Assembly (NCBI GenBank): GCA_033763905.1
Contig: JANRJP010000080.1
Location: forward strand, 1 to 12,015
Length of the DNA stretch: 12,015 nucleotides
From: Gemmatimonadaceae bacterium
Lineage (GTDB): Bacteria; Gemmatimonadota; Gemmatimonadetes; Gemmatimonadales; Gemmatimonadaceae
Direction of reading: 5' to 3'
This document shows positions 1 to 5,875 of this stretch, one piece after another. Positions within the stretch are counted from its first letter, which is position 1. Each line of letters opens with the position of its first letter. The notes under the pieces are model-generated. The model was not told the origin of the DNA. It was given only the letters and a program-made list of their open reading frames with translations, and did not search any database. Both the position numbers and the translations under genes were made by a program.

Positions 1-162
1 GTCGCCCGGGCGCGGCGCATTCTGGCCGCGCTCGACGAAGCCGCCGCGCAGGGACGCGGCGCAGCCCAATTGGATGGCCGCATGATCGACGCGGCCTCGG
101 CGCGAATGGCGAATCAGCTCGTGGCGATGGCCGACGCAATCTCCGCTGCCGCCAAGAAGTGA
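1..162 (+). CDS. HpcH/HpaI aldolase/citrate lyase (CitE) family protein, malyl-CoA lyase-like; 3' end only
   Basis: Frame 1 reads VARARRILAALDEAAAQGRGAAQLDGRMIDAASARMANQLVAMADAISAAAKK*. The 'G.GA..LDG.MID' tail is typical of CitE-family lyases. The TGA at 160-162 overlaps the next GTG start (GTGA). Confidence 0.8.
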   Translation, partial: VARARRILAALDEAAAQGRGAAQLDGRMIDAASARMANQLVAMADAISAAAKK

Positions 163-1187
163 CGTCGCGCCCGGTCGTGGTCGTGACGCGGCGGCTACCA
201 GACGCCGTGGAGCAGGCGCTGGCGTCGTTCTGCGACGCGCGGTTCAACGCGACGGACGAGCCACTCTCGCGGGAGGCCCTCGTGGCGGCATTGCGCGAGG
301 CAGACGCGGTCCTGTGCACGGTGACCGATCGCTTCGACGCGGCGCTCTTGAGCGCTGGGGGCTTTCGCGCCAAGGCGTTGGTGAACTTTGGCGTAGGCTA
401 CAACCACATCGACATCGCCGCCGCGCAACGCGCGGGGCTCGTGGTCACCAACACGCCAGATGTGCTCACCGATGCCACGGCCGACATCGCCGTGACGTTG
501 ATGCTGTCGGTGATGCGCCGCGCCAGTGAAGGGGAGCGTGCGCTCCGGGCCGGCGCGTGGACTGGGTGGCGCCCGACGCACCATATGGGCACGCACGTCA
601 CCGGCAAGACGGTGGGCATCATTGGCTTCGGTCGCATCGGCCGTGCGTTCGCCGAGCGGTGCTCCGGCGGATTCCGGATGCCGGTGCTGTGGTGGCACCC
701 TGGCGAGCCCAGTCTCCCGCTGCCGAGCCACTCGTGGCATCGGGTGGATTCAGTCGAGGCGCTCCTGCGCGAATCCGACGTGGTCTCGCTGCACTGTCCG
801 GCGAGGCCCGAGACTAAACACTTGATCAACGCCGAGCGGTTGGCGCTGATGAAGCCGAGCGCGTTTCTGATCAACACGGCGCGCGGCGATGTCGTTGACG
901 AGTCGGCGCTTGTGGACGCGCTGGCGGCGGGGACGATCGCGGGGGCGGGGCTCGACGTGTACGAGCGCGAGCCGGTCGTTCATCCGGGATTGCTGGCCAG
1001 CGAGAAGGCCGTTCTGCTGCCGCACCTCGGCTCGGCGACGACCGAGACCCGCGTCGCAATGGGAATGCGGGCTGTGGAGAACTTGCGAGCGGTGCTGGAG
1101 GCGAGGGAGCCGACGGACGTGGTTCGAGGGCTAGGCTCTAGCGCGGGGAAGCCAGTGGGCGACCAGCATAACAGCTGGGAGCGGTGA
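159..1187 (+). CDS. D-2-hydroxyacid dehydrogenase (D-glycerate dehydrogenase / glyoxylate-hydroxypyruvate reductase, GhrB/GyaR-like)
   Basis: Motifs GVGYNHID, NTPDVLTDATAD, Rossmann GFGRIG, INTARG (Arg), LDVYEREP (Glu) and PHLGSAT (catalytic His). Confidence 0.93.
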   Translation: MTSRPVVVVTRRLPDAVEQALASFCDARFNATDEPLSREALVAALREADAVLCTVTDRFDAALLSAGGFRAKALVNFGVGYNHIDIAAAQRAGLVVTNTPDVLTDATADIAVTLMLSVMRRASEGERALRAGAWTGWRPTHHMGTHVTGKTVGIIGFGRIGRAFAERCSGGFRMPVLWWHPGEPSLPLPSHSWHRVDSVEALLRESDVVSLHCPARPETKHLINAERLALMKPSAFLINTARGDVVDESALVDALAAGTIAGAGLDVYEREPVVHPGLLASEKAVLLPHLGSATTETRVAMGMRAVENLRAVLEAREPTDVVRGLGSSAGKPVGDQHNSWER

Positions 1188-1578
1188 TCTCATCGGCTTC
1201 TTCAACTAGCACCTCACAGCCGGCCGACTCCAAACGCCGCCACGATAAACGAAGCGCGCGCTACTCGCTTCATGGGTGCGCAGACGCGATGACGAATGGC
1301 CGTATCGATCCACTTTTCGAGCGGTCCCGACGGGTGCACTACTCGATATCAGTCGCAGTAGCAGCGGGATATGGCAACAACAAATCCGAGCGGCGCGCTT
1401 GGGGTGAGAAGAGCGGCCTGCCGCTCGACGCCACCATCTCAGATCTCGGCAGGGAGTTGTGCCTGACGTCGTGTCGAGCAACGATACCCAGCCGGAGAAG
1501 CGCAGGCCGAAATCACAGTGTAACGAGCGCGGTACAGCGCCCGATTGGGGTTGACGCGAACCGCGAATCACGCACACC

Positions 1579-1596
1579 CTATTGCTTCAATAGACT
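1579..1596 (+). promoter_or_regulatory. Perfect inverted repeat CTATTG-N3-CAATAG (operator-like) overlapping a candidate -10 box TAGACT
   Basis: CTATTG at 1579-1584 and CAATAG at 1588-1593. TAGACT at 1591-1596 lies 55 nt before the ATG at 1652, and a GGGAG RBS lies at 1641-1645. Confidence 0.45.
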
Positions 1597-1651
1597 CGTT
1601 CCCGCGACGCTGAGGGGGCGCCCAACACGGCCTTAGTTCTGGGAGTTCATC

Positions 1652-3355
1652 ATGCGTCGTATGAGTCCGAAGTATCTGTTGCTCGTGATCGCTGCTTCTG
1701 CGTGTGGCATCCAGGAAGCCGCGGGGCCGCTACGCACAGCGGGCGCCTCCTCTCGGACATCTGAACCTGATGCGCGTGTCGGAATTGAAGACGATGCTGA
1801 GTTGGGCGCGATTCGAGTCGAAGCATCGCCCGATGGGAGCGGCGGAGTCGCGGTAGTCGCAAAGACGTTCGCGCGATCGCGTGGAGTTGTCACGTTCCGC
1901 TCGTTACTTGGGCAAGGTGGGAATTTTTCCGTTGAGCGGCGCGCGGATTTTCACGTGACCAATCCAACGTCCCTCTCGGTCCGATTCAGATTCGATCCGC
2001 TTGAACCCGGCGTGTGGCCGCTTGATATCGCGGCTCATTACGCCGCACGGGAGGCCGCGCTCAAGGATCCGCAGAGCGCGCTCGTCGTCACTGCGCGAGT
2101 ATGGCTCGTGATCTCGGAGGATCGCGCGTTGTCGGTTTTCAATTCGTTCCCCGCGGCAATCTTCGGCGACAGCCTCGTTCAGCGAGCGGGAAGGTATGAG
2201 CGCTACCCGAAGGGTCGCCGGCTGCGTCCACGATTGATTCGGCAAGGCGCGGCCCCGGAGTTGCGGTCGGTCTTTCCCCAGCCGAACTCAGGCTTGGAGG
2301 CGACGATCGGCGTCACTTACCTGAATGGATACACACTCCAGTCGCAGCCTGTTTCGCGAGCGCTGGTGGTCGTCTACCGATGTGACTGGACCGGAGACTG
2401 TTACGAGGATTACTCGGCTGAAACGAATAGCGCTGGCCAGATCAGTTTCGCGTGCGACGGTTACCATTCGTACATCACCGAAGTCTACTACTCCAACAAT
2501 CGCGTTCAGGCGGGTTACCCTGCGCAAACCGGACATTCTATTCAGCCGGACTGTGTCGGCTACAACACCTCCGTTGACTCGAGCCAACTAGCTGATGCGT
2601 TCGTCAACACGACGAAGTTTGCTGACTTGGCCGCCAGCTGGGGACGGACGACGCCTCGACTCTTGCTGTATCTGATATCGAGCGGAAGTTCTTACTACAG
2701 CAAGGCCAATTCGACAATTCATATTCGGCTCGGGAACGCGTTCAGTCCGTGGGGGCACTGGGTTCAAGCCCACGAGTTCGGCCACGCGCTTCATGATAAG
2801 GCCTTAGGAAGTTGGTACGAGTATAGAGCTGATTCGGACGGCCACAGTTTCAGCAGCATCGAGCACTGGAGTGTTGCGTGGGTTGAAGGGGTCGCGAACT
2901 TTCTCGCAGACATGCTTTTCGGGCCGTCGCCATTTTTCAGTGCCGAAAGTTGGGCGATTAACAGTCTACCCAGCTGGCCGCTTGCGCCCGACGGCGGTTT
3001 GGATGGATCGCGAAGCGAGGGGCAAGTCGCTTCATTTCTATGGGACTTGGCTGATTCCACCCAAGACCATCCTGCCGACGTCACCGTTGCGGGCTTCAAT
3101 GGAGTCTTGTCGCTCATCAAGGCTTGCGAAGTCTACATCGGAGGTCAGTACGCGCACGCTGTGTCACTCGAGCATGCCGTGCTCTGCGCCGAGCGTCAGG
3201 CGGATCCGTTGGTCGCTAACAGCAGCTGGTATTTCCGATCACGCCAGTTCGTCGCGTCCGCGCAACGGCTCAATGGATACTCGTTGCCACTAGCGTTTCC
3301 GTCTACCTCCAGCGTCCGGGCTTTGTGGCGGAAGGTTTTGTACAATGAGGACTAG
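1652..3355 (+). CDS. Putative lipoprotein zinc metallopeptidase (HEXXH, gluzincin-like)
   Basis: RBS GGGAG precedes the start. The signal peptide MRRMSPKYLLLVIAASA-C18 ends in a lipobox-like motif. AHEFGHALH is at H374-H378 (2771-2785), followed by WVEGVANF (E412, candidate third Zn ligand) and SEGQVASFLWDLAD. Six further Cys are present. Confidence 0.75.
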   Translation: MRRMSPKYLLLVIAASACGIQEAAGPLRTAGASSRTSEPDARVGIEDDAELGAIRVEASPDGSGGVAVVAKTFARSRGVVTFRSLLGQGGNFSVERRADFHVTNPTSLSVRFRFDPLEPGVWPLDIAAHYAAREAALKDPQSALVVTARVWLVISEDRALSVFNSFPAAIFGDSLVQRAGRYERYPKGRRLRPRLIRQGAAPELRSVFPQPNSGLEATIGVTYLNGYTLQSQPVSRALVVVYRCDWTGDCYEDYSAETNSAGQISFACDGYHSYITEVYYSNNRVQAGYPAQTGHSIQPDCVGYNTSVDSSQLADAFVNTTKFADLAASWGRTTPRLLLYLISSGSSYYSKANSTIHIRLGNAFSPWGHWVQAHEFGHALHDKALGSWYEYRADSDGHSFSSIEHWSVAWVEGVANFLADMLFGPSPFFSAESWAINSLPSWPLAPDGGLDGSRSEGQVASFLWDLADSTQDHPADVTVAGFNGVLSLIKACEVYIGGQYAHAVSLEHAVLCAERQADPLVANSSWYFRSRQFVASAQRLNGYSLPLAFPSTSSVRALWRKVLYNED

Positions 3356-3776
3356 AAATGTTTGTACGAGTGTCGTTGCATTTGTCGTGGCGGCGATGCT
3401 TGTCTCATGCCAGAGCCGCCGCCCGACGGAAGGTGACGACCTGTTGCAGTTCCACGTGCTGATTCTTGGGACGGTGAGGGACTCAACGTCCGGCGTACTG
3501 ATGGATGCGTCAGTCTCGGCTTCTCTCTTCTTGGCACCGCAGCGTGCCTCGTGTGACAGTGGCGTCACGCTGGGTGCCTTCACGACCGCCACCAGAAGCG
3601 GACGCTACGAAGGCGAAATGATCGGGTCCGTCTTGACTGATACCGTCGGTTGTCTTCGCGTTGTGGCGACCAATGGGTCGAGGCGAGCGGCGGCCGTAGC
3701 GGTGGTCCCGGTCCGACTGAGGATGTTGCGCGCCGCGCCGGCTGACTCAGCCTCGTTGTCGTTGTCACTGCCGTAG
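3345..3776 (+). CDS. Hypothetical small lipoprotein (paralog A), predicted beta-sandwich
   Basis: Hydrophobic signal ending in LVSC. Overlaps the upstream gene by 11 nt. Clear homology to the 3831-4265 product (LGTV.DSTSG, SC..GV, GR.EG, CLRVVA). Confidence 0.75.
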   Translation: MRTRNVCTSVVAFVVAAMLVSCQSRRPTEGDDLLQFHVLILGTVRDSTSGVLMDASVSASLFLAPQRASCDSGVTLGAFTTATRSGRYEGEMIGSVLTDTVGCLRVVATNGSRRAAAVAVVPVRLRMLRAAPADSASLSLSLP

Positions 3777-3793
3777 GTCGACTTCTTTCCACG

Positions 3794-3813
3794 CAGAGCG
3801 TTCGGGCGCTCTG
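3794..3813 (+). other. Intercistronic stem-loop
   Basis: CAGAGCG-ttcggg-CGCTCTG forms a perfect 7-bp stem. There is no U-tract, so it is not called a terminator. Confidence 0.4.
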
Positions 3814-3830
3814 GCGTCGGGTGCTCGAGG

Positions 3831-4265
3831 ATGAAAATGAGTCCTCGCGGAGGAGTGGGTGCGTCGATGCTCCTCATTTCCCTTGTCTCGTCCTGCGATC
3901 ACAACCCGATAGACGTGCAAAGCGAACTCCTAGGTTACGACGTAGCCGTTCTGGGTACGGTCGGCGATTCGACGTCGGGAGCGCCAGTGGACGCCGCGGT
4001 GCAAGCGACGCTGAGGCTGCCAGCGCCGGACGGCTCGTGCGGCACCGGCGTCGCCAAGGGTTGGTTCGGGGTCTCGGCGCTGGATGGTCGTTTCGAGGGC
4101 CGATTGAACGGATTGTTGGAGCAAGAAACGGCTGCGGCGTGTCTCCGAGTGGTCGCGAGTAGCAGCGGTCGTCGCGCAGAGGTGGACACCGTGATACTGC
4201 TGCGCCTCAAGCGACGGGCGGGGGCGCCGGGGGACGCAGTGAGAATGTCCCTTCTGGTGCGGTAG
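3831..4265 (+). CDS. Hypothetical small lipoprotein (paralog B); true start may be the ATG at 3837
   Basis: Signal MLLISLVSSC with a lipobox-like Cys. About 47 of 112 residues are identical to paralog A by manual alignment. GAGG at 3827-3830 is well spaced for the ATG at 3837. Confidence 0.75.
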   Translation: MKMSPRGGVGASMLLISLVSSCDHNPIDVQSELLGYDVAVLGTVGDSTSGAPVDAAVQATLRLPAPDGSCGTGVAKGWFGVSALDGRFEGRLNGLLEQETAAACLRVVASSSGRRAEVDTVILLRLKRRAGAPGDAVRMSLLVR

Positions 4266-4399
4266 GGCTGAGGTGAGGGGGCTGCTGGGCTCCGCTTCGA
4301 CTCAACGCCGCGTGCGCGGGGGCTCCCTCGCTTGCCGCGCCCCCCGCGCGCGGCCACCTTTGAGCGCACGCAACTCTGCCGCGTCCTCAAAGGCTCCCA

Positions 4400-5875
4400 A
4401 TGCCCTTCTCCGTTCAGCTCAAGCAGGCCACGCAGGCCGATGCCGGATTCACCGCTATCGCCCTCGGTCCGTCCCCTGATCTGCGCGAGCTCGCGCGCCT
4501 GGATCGACTCGTTGGCGGTGTGATTCGCCGCGCGATCCGCGCCAAGGAGTTCCGCGGCGGGCGCGACGAAACGCTGCACCTGACCGGTGGGCCGCAGGGC
4601 AAGCGCCGCGTGCTGCTGGTGGGCATTGGCGCGGCCACGCAGCCCGCGAGCGCGGTGCGCCGCGCGGCCGCCATTGCCGCCCGCGCCGCCAAGAAGGCCG
4701 GCACGGGCAGCATCAACTTCTGGGCGCCTGGGCATCAGGATGCCGCGAGCGTCGAAGCCGCCGTCGCTGGCTTGTACCTGGGCCAGTGGGAGTACGCCGA
4801 CCTCAAGACCCCCGCGCCGCCGGCCGACCGCCGCGCCGCCCTGAACAAGGCCACGCTGCTCGTCGCCGACGCCAAGTCGGCCAAGGCCGCGCACGCCGCC
4901 GGTGTGGCGCTGGGTGAAGGCCAAGCGATCGGTCGCCGCCTCCAGCAGATGCCGGGCAACTACTGCACGCCGTCGCACATCGCCGAGACCGCGCAGGACA
5001 TCGGCAAGCGGCACGGCCTCAAGGTCACGGTGACCGGTCGCGCGGGCCTGGAGAAGCTCGGGATGGGCTCGTTCCTTTGTGTCGCGCAGGGCACCCCCGA
5101 AGACCCGAAGCTCATCACCATCGAGTACAAGGGTGGCCCCAAGGACCAGAAGCCCATCGCCCTCGTGGGGAAGGGACTGTGCTTCGACACGGGTGGCATT
5201 TCGCTCAAGCCGGCCGAGCGAATGGAGTATATGAAGTTCGATATGTCAGGCGCTGCGGGCGTTCTCGGCGCAATGGAAGCCATCGCGCGGCTCAAGTTGG
5301 CCGTGAACGTGGTCGGGCTCATTGGCTCCACGACGAATATGCCGAGCGGCACCGCAGTGAAGCCCGGTGACGTCGTGCGTGCGGCCAACGGCAAGACGAT
5401 CGAGATCATCAACACCGACGCCGAAGGGCGCCTAGTGCTCGCCGACGTGCTGCATCACGCGGGGACGTTCAATCCGTCGGTGATCGTGGACGCGGCGACG
5501 CTGACCGGGGCCTGTGTCGTGGCGCTGGGTGGTTCGGCGACGGGGCTCTTTGCCAACAGCGACGAGCTCGCCTACGAAGTGCGGCGCGCGTCAACCGCCG
5601 CGAGCGAGCCGACGTGGCACCTTCCGCTCTGGGACGAGTACAAGGAGCTGATCACGACGGACGTGGCCGACCTCAAGAACTCGGGTGGCCGCGGGGCGGG
5701 GGCGATCACCGCCGCCAAGTTCCTGCAGGAGTTCGTACCAGCGGGCGTGCCGTGGGCGCATCTGGACATCGCGGGAACGGCGTACAGCGAAGCCGATCTG
5801 ACGTTCATTCCCAAGGGCCCGACCGGCGTGCCGGTGGGGACCTTCTTACACTTCGTACGGGGACGCGTCGCCTGA
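4400..5875 (+). CDS. pepA: Leucyl aminopeptidase (M17 family)
   Basis: Motifs VGKGLCFDTGGISLK, MKFDMSGAA, NTDAEGRLVLAD, ATLTGA and HLDIAG. Confidence 0.96.
   Translation: MPFSVQLKQATQADAGFTAIALGPSPDLRELARLDRLVGGVIRRAIRAKEFRGGRDETLHLTGGPQGKRRVLLVGIGAATQPASAVRRAAAIAARAAKKAGTGSINFWAPGHQDAASVEAAVAGLYLGQWEYADLKTPAPPADRRAALNKATLLVADAKSAKAAHAAGVALGEGQAIGRRLQQMPGNYCTPSHIAETAQDIGKRHGLKVTVTGRAGLEKLGMGSFLCVAQGTPEDPKLITIEYKGGPKDQKPIALVGKGLCFDTGGISLKPAERMEYMKFDMSGAAGVLGAMEAIARLKLAVNVVGLIGSTTNMPSGTAVKPGDVVRAANGKTIEIINTDAEGRLVLADVLHHAGTFNPSVIVDAATLTGACVVALGGSATGLFANSDELAYEVRRASTAASEPTWHLPLWDEYKELITTDVADLKNSGGRGAGAITAAKFLQEFVPAGVPWAHLDIAGTAYSEADLTFIPKGPTGVPVGTFLHFVRGRVA

Larger units (their letters stand above)
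1133..4269. other. Lower-GC accessory islet of three envelope lipoprotein genes, with no mobility gene visible
   Basis: Spot GC counts are 32/60 at 2641-2700 and 34/60 at 2701-2760, versus 50/60 at 4621-4680 and 47/60 at 10381-10440. Many codons end in A/T. The block sits between housekeeping genes, with AGGGCT at 1127-1132 and 4264-4269. Boundaries are approximate. Confidence 0.6.

Noticed and set aside
1206..1577. 123-aa minus-strand ORF
   Set aside because: Composition is Arg/Cys/Ser-rich and non-protein-like, with no motifs.
1551..1580. TTGACG as a sigma70 -35 box
   Set aside because: There is no credible -10 box at 16-18 nt spacing (the sequence there is ACACCC).
1184..1636. 150-aa + strand ORF overlapping the dehydrogenase stop
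   Set aside because: It is Ser/Arg-rich with no recognisable motif and runs across the putative promoter palindrome. It cannot be supported as a gene, although the GTGA overlap means it is not fully excluded.
5614..5871. Upstream extension of the outer-membrane ORF in the provided track
   Set aside because: It overlaps the conserved pepA C-terminus by ~260 nt and would bury the signal peptide, so it is most likely an open-frame artefact.
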